Positions 18,101 to 27,084 of a stretch of DNA of 64,000 nt are shown here, piece after piece. The notes under the pieces are model-generated. The model had not been told where the DNA came from. It ran no database searches and worked only from the letters and a program-made list of their open reading frames with translations. The DNA lies in NCBI GenBank assembly GCA_017534945.1, contig JAFXVB010000024.1, positions 19,546-83,545 of the forward strand. The letters run 5' to 3'. How positions within the stretch are numbered: the first letter of the stretch is position 1; each line of letters starts with the position of its first letter. Origin of the DNA: Alphaproteobacteria bacterium. Its GTDB lineage: Bacteria; Pseudomonadota; Alphaproteobacteria; Rs-D84. The translations under genes and the position numbers were made by a program.

Positions 18101-18957
18101 CGATATGGGTTTTTCGCGCATGCATTGACAAAGCAACTGTCGATTACTTTATAACAAGTATTGACCGCATTTGCCGCCGCCAATGTTGCACCGTCGGTCA
18201 TCCATTTATATGTATCACCATCGGTTGGTTTTAATTTGTTATTTGCAGGCTTTGTCATAACCTTTTCGCCAAACAATTGTTGAAAACCTTCTTTTTGGCA
18301 ACGCGACAAAGTTGAATCACACATAACCGCCTGTTTTTTGAATTCATCTTCACTGGTGCATAATTCGAAATCTTCGCCACAGACATTATCTTTGGTTAAA
18401 CAATTTTTATATTTTTTAACACAATCCGCGGTGGATAATTTATTACGTGTCGCCGCACCAATAATGTCAATCCCCATAACCGAACCATCGGTTGGATATG
18501 TATAACGCGCAATTTCTGTTTGATTGGTGCCATCAACATAGGAAGATACAGAGGATAAAGCGGAGATATTAGATACACCAAACAAACTGTTTATCGCGGT
18601 TGATGAACATTGATACAAAGTACTGAAACATTCACCCATGTGACCATGGAACAAAACATTTGTTGTGCATTCTTCAAAATCAGAACCACACGCATTGTCA
18701 GCCTTCATACAACTGCGATATTCTTCGATGCATTCAGCATCACTGAGCAGTGGGTTCGCCGTTGTGGACGATGATGATGTGCCGGATGTATTCGCAACAG
18801 TATTATTCGACTTTACCACATTTGACAATGATGCCAATCGACGCGATGCCGCCGTACCAATATTTGGTGTTGTCATTGCAACACGCGCCGCAGAATATGC
18901 CGCACCACACACGCACATTACCGCCAGAAAACTAACCGATTTTTTGAAAAAATGCAT
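15133..18957 (-). CDS. Giant secreted cysteine-rich modular protein (1274 aa), no recognisable family
   Basis: The start was chosen at MHFFKKSVSFLAVMCVCGAAYSAA (RBS aggaga-N6-ATG; signal peptide). There are at least two clear roughly 55-aa six-Cys module repeats: ECIEEYRSCMKADNACGSDFEECT…CFSTLYQC…LFG and DCVKKYKNCLTKDNVCGEDFELCT…CDSTLSRC…LFG. Further Cys-pair motifs follow. The composition is S/T/N/G/K-rich and there is no C-terminal beta-barrel. Confidence 0.7.
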   Translation of the reverse strand: MHFFKKSVSFLAVMCVCGAAYSAARVAMTTPNIGTAASRRLASLSNVVKSNNTVANTSGTSSSSTTANPLLSDAECIEEYRSCMKADNACGSDFEECTTNVLFHGHMGECFSTLYQCSSTAINSLFGVSNISALSSVSSYVDGTNQTEIARYTYPTDGSVMGIDIIGAATRNKLSTADCVKKYKNCLTKDNVCGEDFELCTSEDEFKKQAVMCDSTLSRCQKEGFQQLFGEKVMTKPANNKLKPTDGDTYKWMTDGATLAAANAVNTCYKVIDSCFVNACAKNPYRCVEGVTFGVLGTADFVADQSKSSTIDEANVTETQTASSVRKFYRAACQDTIGSNQYCYMTFKAKTPSKKDLTDPDTREEIFDEAYSTRNKKDIIGVKVTDMVEKFDKTAKDKCIETFKTCAIRSCGGGSGAACYSRVFGGKDMTGSINKGNTYKDIVRGCTAAVNTDANCKYMAATLSAEGNVYNYTYSDDGAFDALFPEYTNTGDDKVPVVAALNADLSTAYNDAAIAQLKKQCGNVVSNCVKSMCGSNYQNCYRNRNDISLATYNTTSDGFNKSMNKVGGVLDYTIVQGLCALTVKNSDVCAESLAIAKMGIADGEADVRTGWGNETNVGSAWRTSANDQYMQDVQEVNQDGKHICECGNSGTNICDYEEGGVSGCSTPHMISKSIAQENSAINTVFKDVLVDVEMEAQAQYKAKLTKEQNICLAQNSGANPNATFVWAKLKSKMKSDYGAKGLGENGSVQSNDLYNSFCRVKITVMSEDKDIQNALGGETNAYFSTGDPFTCGSWISDNTIKTVTDKVGERARKEAGEGSQKDKNTDLWVTLGSGVFGAGLSAWGMDSLQSNASSSGLGGLLNKNMAKANSAEECTDQAKKAREAFDAAVRSKSQTKMDEALRYARTAKAKLSSVDSNKASMTIPTSVTLNTIKGAVTREGRDAVAAVDAKYGLQVDEANGVSQLITKVSTLCDFSDASTDPTDYPGCVNNATAASNLWKSISERTYNATGSVAELATIQNYLNAAKSHLDKFWKAGRTKSGTTTYTGSDGKTYTKSTVDTYYNYGNGVYTKKNCSNFGGYTTPSFIYNPAQSVVDGYCNGLPDTISVTTTKGGGYAYNGPEYNNFRSEVAGLPAAISALRLNVIETEKGQAYVAAVSELRDPDTYEWDSTELANLSNTLSELETTCENVATDNKESGAGKRLALDAGAAVVGGGLTSLLAHDIVSTAQKAKYENAENEAIKEWMENIGSKIHCYVGGEPVGDYGDIISVDISEE

Positions 18958-19058
18958 CTCCATTCTCCTATATTTACGATTTATTTTATCATATTTATGA
19001 AGAAAAGGAAAGAGATTTTTCAAAGTTCAAATATGGAAATAATATTTCTGTATCGTCA

Positions 19059-20042
19059 TTAATTGTCAAGTATGGCTTTCAATTCCAACATATCATCGGG
19101 CAATGGGGCTTTAAAAGTCATCTGTTTACCTGTTATTGGGTGTTTTAACGACAAATATGACGCGTGCAACATTTGACCGTTGTGCGTTTTCAAAAATTCA
19201 AGCAGTTCTGGATTTTTAACACTGCCAAACCGATTGGTGCCACGTCCGTATGTCGGGTCGCATAAAACTGGAAATCCATGCGCAGATAAATGAACACGAA
19301 TTTGATGCGTTCGACCCGTCAATAAATTACAACGAAATTGGGAAATCCCAAAACGCGACCAAACATCGATGACGGTCACCTCTGTGGTGGCGGGTTTGCC
19401 CCCGGACTTTACCATTGTCATTTTTTGTCGATTACGCGATGAACGCGCAATATTGCCGGTAATTGTTGCACTTTCCCAATTCGGCACCCCCCAAACAAAC
19501 GCATCGTATTTACGGGTTAAATCATGATTCGAAAAGGTTTTTACCAATTCGCGATATGCCGCATCACTTTTGGCAAAAATCATAACGCCGGATGTATCTT
19601 TGTCCAAACGATGAACAACCCCGGGACGCACATCGCCACCAATCGCAGACAACGATGTATAACACAATAAATTTTGAACAAGTGTCCCTGTTTTATTTCC
19701 AGCCGATGGATACATCACAACACCGCGTGGTTTGTTTATCACAATAATATCTTCGTCTTGGTATAAAATATCTAAATCAAAATCGCATGATACATTATCC
19801 GCCGCCGCCGCGTTTTTTGGGGAATCAGGTACCAACACAATATACATTTCGCCACCACGCACTTTATCGGCAAATTTAACCGGCGCACCGCCACGCGACA
19901 CAGTGAATTTTTGGATTTCACTGCGCGAAAATTCAGGCATCTTTGTGGCTAAAAATTTATCAAGTCGCATTCCTGCATCTGCATCAACAACAATAAATTC
20001 GCGTTGCATAAATATTCCTATTTCTTTCCAAAATCCGCCCAA
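19059..20042 (-). CDS. rluD: 23S rRNA pseudouridine synthase, RluA/RluD family (S4 domain + catalytic domain)
   Basis: It has the HRLDKDTSGVMIFAK catalytic motif and an N-terminal S4-like region. The likely true start is MQREFIVV at 20008. Confidence 0.85.
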   Translation of the reverse strand: MGGFWKEIGIFMQREFIVVDADAGMRLDKFLATKMPEFSRSEIQKFTVSRGGAPVKFADKVRGGEMYIVLVPDSPKNAAAADNVSCDFDLDILYQDEDIIVINKPRGVVMYPSAGNKTGTLVQNLLCYTSLSAIGGDVRPGVVHRLDKDTSGVMIFAKSDAAYRELVKTFSNHDLTRKYDAFVWGVPNWESATITGNIARSSRNRQKMTMVKSGGKPATTEVTVIDVWSRFGISQFRCNLLTGRTHQIRVHLSAHGFPVLCDPTYGRGTNRFGSVKNPELLEFLKTHNGQMLHASYLSLKHPITGKQMTFKAPLPDDMLELKAILDN

Positions 20043-20506
20043 TCGGGGCCACGTTTACATTTCGATATATCAATTTCAAATTCATAATCGCCGGTCGCAG
20101 GACATGTAAGCAGACCGGTTGTTTCGGCTTGCTCTGCATCTTGGGGAGCATTGCGATATGCAAACTTTATTTCCTTTGGCGCCGCAATACAAACAAGACG
20201 CAAATGTCCAACCATTTCACCCATCGGTGATATCCAAACACGAACACTGTCGGCTTCGCCATAGCAAGGAAATGCGTCCAGGTAATATAAAATTAAACCA
20301 TTTTTCAATAATGTGCGGTCTGTGCCACGAAAATGTCCGGTGTATTGCGATAATGGTAATCCTGTCACGCCATGCCAATCAACAGTCGTGGAAAACAAAC
20401 TGACCCGCGGCCCAGGTAATGGTGCCGGTGGTGTCGGTGTGGTGGTTGTATCTGCGAACGCAGAACAACAAAACAATACAGATAATAACGCGATTAATTT
20501 TCTCAT
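20018..20506 (-). CDS. Secreted hypothetical protein (signal peptide, Thr/Pro-rich linker, Cys-containing domain)
   Basis: MRKLIALLSVLFCCSAFA|DTTTTPTPPAPLPGP… It is the last gene of the pilin-like array, before rluD. Confidence 0.5.
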   Translation of the reverse strand: MRKLIALLSVLFCCSAFADTTTTPTPPAPLPGPRVSLFSTTVDWHGVTGLPLSQYTGHFRGTDRTLLKNGLILYYLDAFPCYGEADSVRVWISPMGEMVGHLRLVCIAAPKEIKFAYRNAPQDAEQAETTGLLTCPATGDYEFEIDISKCKRGPDWADFGKK

Positions 20507-21036
20507 TTTGCGAAATCCCCCAATTTAACCACAATCTTTTTAACGCCAGCCGATGGGGCACGTAAAGTATAAACAAACCCGGCACGCGCACCCGCATCCA
20601 ATAATGTGACCGGTGGCGCAAACTGTTCCGGTGCATTTATTTGTTTGCCATCGCCATCGTATGTCATGATAAACAGGTTCGGCGCACCGTAAATTTCAGG
20701 ACTGCGATTTTCAATTATACCCGATACGATAAAGTGATTTACACCATTTCCGTCCGGCGCCAATGTCGTTTTAACAATCGATGCAGTAAGTGGCGCGTTC
20801 GTCACAGAATTTTTACGATAATGTGTTATTGCAACAACAGAAAAAATTATCGCAGACAGCAAAGCACACAACGCCGCTAAAAATACAAAAAATTTATTTT
20901 TACGATTTGGTGTTTTTACCATAAATGTATGACCGCAAATCGCGCACTTTACGGGCATCGCCGGAATTTTATTCAACGTATATTCTGTTCTACAAAAATC
21001 GCATTTTATTTTCATATCACATCCTTTATAGCACAA
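20503..21036 (-). CDS. Zinc-ribbon (MJ0042-type CxxC…CxxC) + TM + DUF3426-like domain protein
   Basis: The N-terminus MKIKCDFCRTEYTLNKIPAMPVKCAICGHTF carries two CxxC pairs. It is followed by a TM helix (FFVFLAALCALLSAIIFSVVAI) and a roughly 100-aa beta-rich C-domain. This architecture is typical of DUF3426 proteins. Confidence 0.55.
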   Translation of the reverse strand: MCYKGCDMKIKCDFCRTEYTLNKIPAMPVKCAICGHTFMVKTPNRKNKFFVFLAALCALLSAIIFSVVAITHYRKNSVTNAPLTASIVKTTLAPDGNGVNHFIVSGIIENRSPEIYGAPNLFIMTYDGDGKQINAPEQFAPPVTLLDAGARAGFVYTLRAPSAGVKKIVVKLGDFAK

Positions 21037-21037
21037 A

Positions 21038-22354
21038 TTATTGCAATTTCAACAAACGATATTTTGCACGAACATCGTTTGCGATATCGTTTAAAGCATT
21101 TTGAAAATCTGCAACCGTCGCATTTGCATTGGCCGCGATTGCACCAAAGCGCCGTCCGGCAAACGTTGTTGAATCAAATTCTTTTTTCGGCAAGAAACTT
21201 ATCATACGATTAAGGTCGCCTAAATACAGGTCTGAAAACACAGCCGACGAAGTGGACGCGTCCCAATAATATCCCGGATTTGTTGGGTCTGTAATTTTAC
21301 TGGAAACAATTAAACGCGGTGTGATTGACCCGGCATATCCAACCGTCACATGTGTTGCATTAACACTGCCGTATGTCATTTTAACAGAACCGTTCACAGT
21401 TAAAATTACAGGTTTCCTTTCCGGATTATCTATACTTAAATTTGGTAATGTCAGGTTTGTCACCAATAAATCGTTCGTTGTAAACGATGAAAATTTTCCT
21501 GTATCCGTCAAAGATAAACGACCCGTAATTTCAAGATTTCTGGAATCAGATGTAAGCGACCCAGACACAGTTGCACTTTTTGTATAAAATTCACTGTCAA
21601 CTGTTGTGCGATTATTAAAAATTAAATTACGCGTATTCAGTTTTCCTATTGTTAAAAATTCATCAAAAGAACCCGAAACAAACGCCATTTTACGAACATT
21701 TAAAACATCATGCGACCCAAGGTTTAATGATGAACGCATTGTTGCATCATCTGGGTTTTGGGACGGCACGCGCCACAAATATAACGCATTATCACGATTT
21801 ATTGTCGTGGTTGTGACAATTCCATTTTTTGCATCTATACCAATATCAGCAACAGATGCACGCCATGTTCCGTTTGCACCATACGCTTTATTACCATCAA
21901 CAAAACCAACATGACCATTTGCCAAGTTCAATATTTGATGTGTACGAAACGGTGATATTTTTTCAGATTCATAAACCACCACACCTTGCAAAGTTGATTG
22001 TCCATTAAAATCTTTGGATTTCAAAACGCGTAATTGATATTTGGTATCTGGGGCATTTATGATTCCGTCGCCCAACCCATATTTTGCCAATTCACCAATT
22101 TCAACACGCACAATATTGCGACCCAATGGTTTTAATAATGTTTCACGATTATCAATTATATACCTTTCCAAAGCCCCTTGGATTTCGGTCATTTGTTTTG
22201 TGATTTCGATATTTTCACGACGTTCAATTGCACCGCGTTGATATTTGAAAACAAACGGAATAATAAGCATTGCCAAAGATACACTAAGCAGTAATTCAAC
22301 CAACATATTACCACTTTGATTTTTTTTCGATAAAGATTTATTTAATATTTTCAT
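21038..22354 (-). CDS. Large type IV pilin-like protein (prepilin-type N-terminus, ~420-aa C-terminal domain), paralog 3
   Basis: The N-terminus is …KKNQSG|NMLVELLLSVSLAMLIIPFV (G-1, E+5, hydrophobic alpha1). The start ATG overlaps the upstream stop (ATGA) at 22351-22354. The LNLGSHDVLNV motif is shared with paralog 2. Confidence 0.6.
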   Translation of the reverse strand: MKILNKSLSKKNQSGNMLVELLLSVSLAMLIIPFVFKYQRGAIERRENIEITKQMTEIQGALERYIIDNRETLLKPLGRNIVRVEIGELAKYGLGDGIINAPDTKYQLRVLKSKDFNGQSTLQGVVVYESEKISPFRTHQILNLANGHVGFVDGNKAYGANGTWRASVADIGIDAKNGIVTTTTINRDNALYLWRVPSQNPDDATMRSSLNLGSHDVLNVRKMAFVSGSFDEFLTIGKLNTRNLIFNNRTTVDSEFYTKSATVSGSLTSDSRNLEITGRLSLTDTGKFSSFTTNDLLVTNLTLPNLSIDNPERKPVILTVNGSVKMTYGSVNATHVTVGYAGSITPRLIVSSKITDPTNPGYYWDASTSSAVFSDLYLGDLNRMISFLPKKEFDSTTFAGRRFGAIAANANATVADFQNALNDIANDVRAKYRLLKLQ

Positions 22355-23607
22355 TGTTCGTCTATGCTTTTTTTTGTTTGCCAATCAGCCGCCATAATCG
22401 CACTGAATTCTTGTTTATCCGGTGTTGCGGATATTGTTGTCCGTCCCAATTTTAATGATGAAAAATTCGGTAATTGATTTGATGGAAATGACCAATTTCC
22501 AATTTTTAATGGCGCAGTTCGCGACATCAATAATTCACCCGATACGGTCAAACCAAAATCACCATAAAACACCATATCCCCGGCCGTCACATATGGCGTA
22601 TACACAGAATTAGAATTTAAAACTGTAAACGCACTGATTGTTCTATTGCTGGACGATTTTAATTTGAACATATTTCCAATTCTTACGGAATTTTTAACGG
22701 TTGCACGATCTGTGATTACCGTTCCAGAATTACTGAAACTGTTTCCGTTCAGGTTGTTTGCGGTAATATTACGAAAACCGCTGATATCGCCCAGCGCACG
22801 AATTGTATCAATGTGCGCATCGGCACCTTGGACATTTGCCCCAGATGAAAAATAAATTGCATCTGCGTTTACATCATCAGCCACCAGAAATGTTGTATTG
22901 ATATTTTTAACATCCACAGAATTAACATCCAAAGTTCCAACATTTAATAAATCTTTGCCGCCCATATTCAAATTACGCAACATAGCGTTCAAGTTGTTTT
23001 TATTTTCTTGCATGTCATCAACATTGGTATTGTCTTTGGATTTATTAATTATTGTATCTGTGGCGCCACGATGCAGAAAATTCATCCTGTCCATTGTTGC
23101 AAAATTATGCGACACACGATATATCAAATTTCCCGGTTTGAATTCTGGCCCCGATACAGCCCATGTATTTCCATACGCAACACCGTCATCACCAACAATC
23201 GCGGCATTACCGCCGATTTGACGCGCAATTTGATTCGTCCTTAGCAAAGAAGACGATATATCAAACCCCAGATAAACATCGGTAATTGTTGTTCCACGAA
23301 ATTGTCTTTTATCAATAAAACCACTGGATATAATTGGCGAAATTTCTTTTAAGTCGTCCGCCGTCAATTGTATTTCTGTGTCACCATCCCAATTTTCTTG
23401 GTGTGTACGAACAAAGTTTAATACACTGTCTTGTAAATCAACAATTTTTTGTGCCACAGAAATATTTTCAATATCATTGTATGTGCGTGTAATTTGTTTA
23501 TACATAAATGGTGCCGCAACCGCAATAATAGATATTGCCAACACAACCTCTATCAATGATGCGCCACGCGACATGTCGTTAAAAATTTTCGTTTTATATA
23601 CAGTCAC
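22351..23607 (-). CDS. Large type IV pilin-like protein, paralog 2
   Basis: MSRG|ASLIEVVLAISIIAVAAPF is a canonical class-III signal (G-1, E+5). 418 aa, with an N/S/T/G-rich beta-type C-domain containing LNMGGKDLLNV. Confidence 0.65.
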   Translation of the reverse strand: MTVYKTKIFNDMSRGASLIEVVLAISIIAVAAPFMYKQITRTYNDIENISVAQKIVDLQDSVLNFVRTHQENWDGDTEIQLTADDLKEISPIISSGFIDKRQFRGTTITDVYLGFDISSSLLRTNQIARQIGGNAAIVGDDGVAYGNTWAVSGPEFKPGNLIYRVSHNFATMDRMNFLHRGATDTIINKSKDNTNVDDMQENKNNLNAMLRNLNMGGKDLLNVGTLDVNSVDVKNINTTFLVADDVNADAIYFSSGANVQGADAHIDTIRALGDISGFRNITANNLNGNSFSNSGTVITDRATVKNSVRIGNMFKLKSSSNRTISAFTVLNSNSVYTPYVTAGDMVFYGDFGLTVSGELLMSRTAPLKIGNWSFPSNQLPNFSSLKLGRTTISATPDKQEFSAIMAADWQTKKSIDEQ

Positions 23608-24949
23608 TTTTTCCCGCCATTAAACATTGTTTTGCATTTATTCTTTGTTCAAGACGCGCCCAAAACATATACTCGCACAATATATGTTGCGCCAATGATG
23701 AAGAATTATATGTTTCACCCAAACTTGCAATCATATCACGACAATTCATTACTGCATCGTCATCTTTCTTTGGATTTTTTAAAATTGCGAAACTATCGTT
23801 GCTGATGCCTGATACAGACACATCTGGTAATACTGTTGTACTGGCCGGGCGAATATCAATAATCACAGAACCATTATCACCCGCATCCAATGCTTTGGAT
23901 GTTTGGTCGCGCAATGTAATATGCGATGCAATGATTGAACCGGTGGAAATACCACTGGATGTATTATAAGAAACACTGGTACCATCGATATACACATCTT
24001 GACCACTGCTGACATTAAGGTACGAACCAACCTCTAATGTTTCTACACTTAACGCGATATGTTCTGTTTCCAAATTACCACGCACATCCCATGTAACCGG
24101 CCCAGTAAACCCAGTATGTCCCGCCGTCAAATCAAACGAATAAACCGATGCGGAATTCGATTCAAAATTTCCTGTGGAACCGTATTCTGCAACCGTTTTT
24201 CCAAACACATTGTTTGCCTTTAACGAACCACGCGTTAATGCCAATGCCGACCCACCAGATTTAGATTGAAAAATACTTTTGTTCGAATTTAATATTCCTA
24301 TTTTATTTTTAGAACCACGATCTGCTTCATTACCAAATATATCCAAAGTATCAAATGCCGCCGTTTCTGCAACCAAGTTATGTCCAACAACTGTATTCGT
24401 ATTTTCTATTACAAAATTATTCATTTCCAAATCGGTTAAAAATGCAGAATTATTTATATCCGGTTCATTACGACGAACAACATCTTGGTATAATGTATTT
24501 AACGGTACACCAACCATTAAACCGGTTGTGGTGCGTTCCGCATAAAAACCGATTCTGCGAACCATTTCTGCAATTTGAATACCGGTTAAATTACCACCAT
24601 CAATCATCAAAGAACCACCAACACCATTTTCATCTTTATCAACAACCAAGAAAATATTTTGTCCAAATGCCGTTTGTGGAATATATCCCAACGGCAATCC
24701 ATACGGTTCCAAAATATCTGTAAAATCTTTGCCACGAATCGTTGTTTTTCCGTATGGCAATGCATCTACATTTTCACGAATAAATATGCGCGCCGCAGTT
24801 TGTGCAACATCAACCTGGTGCACAGAAGAATACATTTTCGCATCCATGTCATTTGTAACCAAACGATTTGTTAATGTTGGCATAAACACAAACAGCAACG
24901 ATACCGCCAATAATGCCTGTAATAAAAAATTTCCGCGTTGTTGATGCAA
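23594..24949 (-). CDS. Large type IV pilin-like protein, paralog 1 (E5 replaced by Q)
   Basis: MHQQRG|NFLLQALLAVSLLFVF… 451 aa with a G/S/T/N-rich C-domain and a C-terminal Cys cluster (…NCRDM…LCEYMF…CLMAGKSDCI). Confidence 0.55.
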   Translation of the reverse strand: MHQQRGNFLLQALLAVSLLFVFMPTLTNRLVTNDMDAKMYSSVHQVDVAQTAARIFIRENVDALPYGKTTIRGKDFTDILEPYGLPLGYIPQTAFGQNIFLVVDKDENGVGGSLMIDGGNLTGIQIAEMVRRIGFYAERTTTGLMVGVPLNTLYQDVVRRNEPDINNSAFLTDLEMNNFVIENTNTVVGHNLVAETAAFDTLDIFGNEADRGSKNKIGILNSNKSIFQSKSGGSALALTRGSLKANNVFGKTVAEYGSTGNFESNSASVYSFDLTAGHTGFTGPVTWDVRGNLETEHIALSVETLEVGSYLNVSSGQDVYIDGTSVSYNTSSGISTGSIIASHITLRDQTSKALDAGDNGSVIIDIRPASTTVLPDVSVSGISNDSFAILKNPKKDDDAVMNCRDMIASLGETYNSSSLAQHILCEYMFWARLEQRINAKQCLMAGKSDCI

Positions 24950-25118
24950 TACGCGCCCCCCTATGCAAAAATAAATTTCTCTTTATAAGTATTAGGTTAG
25001 CAATTGAAAAAATATATTGCAATCAGTTTTAAGATGATTTATATTATGTTCGTTGTTGGTTGATTTTTAACAATTATTTCAACCATGTATTCCAAATAAA
25101 AATTATAAAAGAAAAGAT

Positions 25119-25460
25119 ATGCAAAATAAAAAAAATCAGTCTTCTGTTGGGTTGATGATTCAACGTTGTCATAAATGGCGTATGCGCCGGAAACAATTAA
25201 TGGACCAAGTGCGTACAACAACCGATGAAATTGAACGCGAACGCTTGCTTCAGGCGGCCGAACATTGCATCCGTATGACAAATGCAGAACAAGAAAAAAT
25301 CGATTCTATGCGCGATAGCAAGGAAAAAGCCGCGGCGGTCGCCGCAGCCGAAGCCGAAGTTGCCGCGGCGGAAAAAAATGCCGATGAAAACGGTGGCGAA
25401 GCACGCAACGAAGACGAAGAAGAGATGAGTTTTCCTGATTTCATCACAAATCTAAATTAA
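25119..25460 (+). CDS. Hypothetical acidic protein
   Basis: 113 aa with a helical Ala/Glu-rich C-terminus and no family assignment. It lies divergent from the pilin-like array. Confidence 0.35.
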   Translation: MQNKKNQSSVGLMIQRCHKWRMRRKQLMDQVRTTTDEIERERLLQAAEHCIRMTNAEQEKIDSMRDSKEKAAAVAAAEAEVAAAEKNADENGGEARNEDEEEMSFPDFITNLN

Positions 25461-25525
25461 AACTATTTTATTTGTTGAAATTTTACTTTTGTTTGGTATT
25501 CTGGCTGCCATAAGGAAAGTATGAA

Positions 25526-27058
25526 ATGGACAACAATTACACAGTTCTTGCACGAAAATATCGCAGTCAAGATTTTGATTCACTGATTGGTCAGGATGTT
25601 TTGGTTAAAACATTAACAACCGCAATCAATACGGGACGTATCGCACACGCATATATTTTTACAGGTATTCGTGGAACCGGAAAAACCAGTACTGCACGTA
25701 TTTTGGCCAAGGCATTAAATTGCCTATCGACCGATGGCCCAACGGCAACGCCATGTGGCGTTTGTGAAAATTGTCGTGCCATTGCGGCGGGTCAACATAT
25801 TGATGTTATGGAAATCGACGCGGCATCACATACCGGTGTCGATAATATTCGTGATATTTTGGATGCGGCACAATATCGTCCAACAAATGGCCGGTACAAA
25901 GTTTACATCATTGACGAAGTTCACATGTTATCAACGGCGGCATTTAATGCTTTGCTTAAAACACTCGAAGAACCACCTGCACATGTCATCTTTATTTTGG
26001 CGACAACCGAGATTCGTAAAGTTCCGGTGACAATATTATCGCGGTGCCAAAGATTTGATTTGGTTCGGGTGCCGGTTGCAACACTTAAAAAACATTTCGA
26101 ATGGATTGCAAATCAAGAAAAGATTGATTTAAGTGATGCGGCCAACGAATTGCTGGCGCGGGCGGCGGACGGTTCTGTGCGCGATGGATTATCTTTATTG
26201 GACCAGGCAATTGCGCAAACCGGGGGACATGTCGATGAACAGGCCGTAATGGACATGTTGAAACGCGCCGATCGCAATATGGTTGTTGATTTTATGGATA
26301 CTATATTGTCGGGCGATACGGCCAAAGCCTTGGAAATGGCGGATACTATTTACACAAATGGCGCAGATTTGGTTATGTTATTAACCGACATGATGGAATG
26401 GACACACTGGGCAACACGCATGCACCCGGCAATCAATGCAGGGGACGGTGCAAATTCACCATATACCGCGGACCAACGCGAAAAAACACGCAATATAAAT
26501 GCACGCGTATCATTAAATACTTTATCCCGAATTTGGCAGGTCATGGTCGCCGCAGTCAGTGAAATGCAGGTTGCCGGCAATCAAAAACAATGCTTTGATA
26601 TGTTGATTGTGCGTATGATGCATATCGCAGAAATGCCTTCGGTTCAAGAAATTTTGAAAAATAATACGGCAACGCAAAGTACGACACCGGCGCCAAAGGC
26701 CGAACCCGCACCGGTGAAAAAAAATATTATTACAACCGCCGAAGAATTAGGACGTGCGATGCAAAACGATCGCGAAATTTTGTTGTACACTTATTTTTCT
26801 GAAAATGTAGAAGTTTGTGAAATTGCGGATGGAAAACTGAATTATTTTGACCGCGGAAACGATAAAGATTTTTCACATAAATTATCCGCTTGGTTGGAAA
26901 AACACACTGGGAAACCATGGATTTTGGTTCATTCGACTGAATCAAAACATATACCAACCGCGGTTGAACATCAACAACAAGAATTGGCCGCCGATCCAAT
27001 GATGGCAAATGCAATGAATTTGTTTGAAGGCGCTGAAATTATTGATGTTTCAAAATAA
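25526..27058 (+). CDS. dnaX: DNA polymerase III subunit gamma/tau
   Basis: It has the AAA+ Walker A GIRGTGKTS and the zinc module CGVCENC, and the canonical N-terminus ARKYRSQDFDSLIGQD. Confidence 0.9.
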   Translation: MDNNYTVLARKYRSQDFDSLIGQDVLVKTLTTAINTGRIAHAYIFTGIRGTGKTSTARILAKALNCLSTDGPTATPCGVCENCRAIAAGQHIDVMEIDAASHTGVDNIRDILDAAQYRPTNGRYKVYIIDEVHMLSTAAFNALLKTLEEPPAHVIFILATTEIRKVPVTILSRCQRFDLVRVPVATLKKHFEWIANQEKIDLSDAANELLARAADGSVRDGLSLLDQAIAQTGGHVDEQAVMDMLKRADRNMVVDFMDTILSGDTAKALEMADTIYTNGADLVMLLTDMMEWTHWATRMHPAINAGDGANSPYTADQREKTRNINARVSLNTLSRIWQVMVAAVSEMQVAGNQKQCFDMLIVRMMHIAEMPSVQEILKNNTATQSTTPAPKAEPAPVKKNIITTAEELGRAMQNDREILLYTYFSENVEVCEIADGKLNYFDRGNDKDFSHKLSAWLEKHTGKPWILVHSTESKHIPTAVEHQQQELAADPMMANAMNLFEGAEIIDVSK

Positions 27059-27084
27059 CAACAACGTTGCAAAGGGGGGAATTT

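Noticed and set aside
15133-18957. Giant Cys-rich protein as an autotransporter or TpsA adhesin
   Set aside because: There is no C-terminal beta-barrel with a terminal aromatic residue, no TPS domain after the signal peptide, and the protein ends …DISEE.
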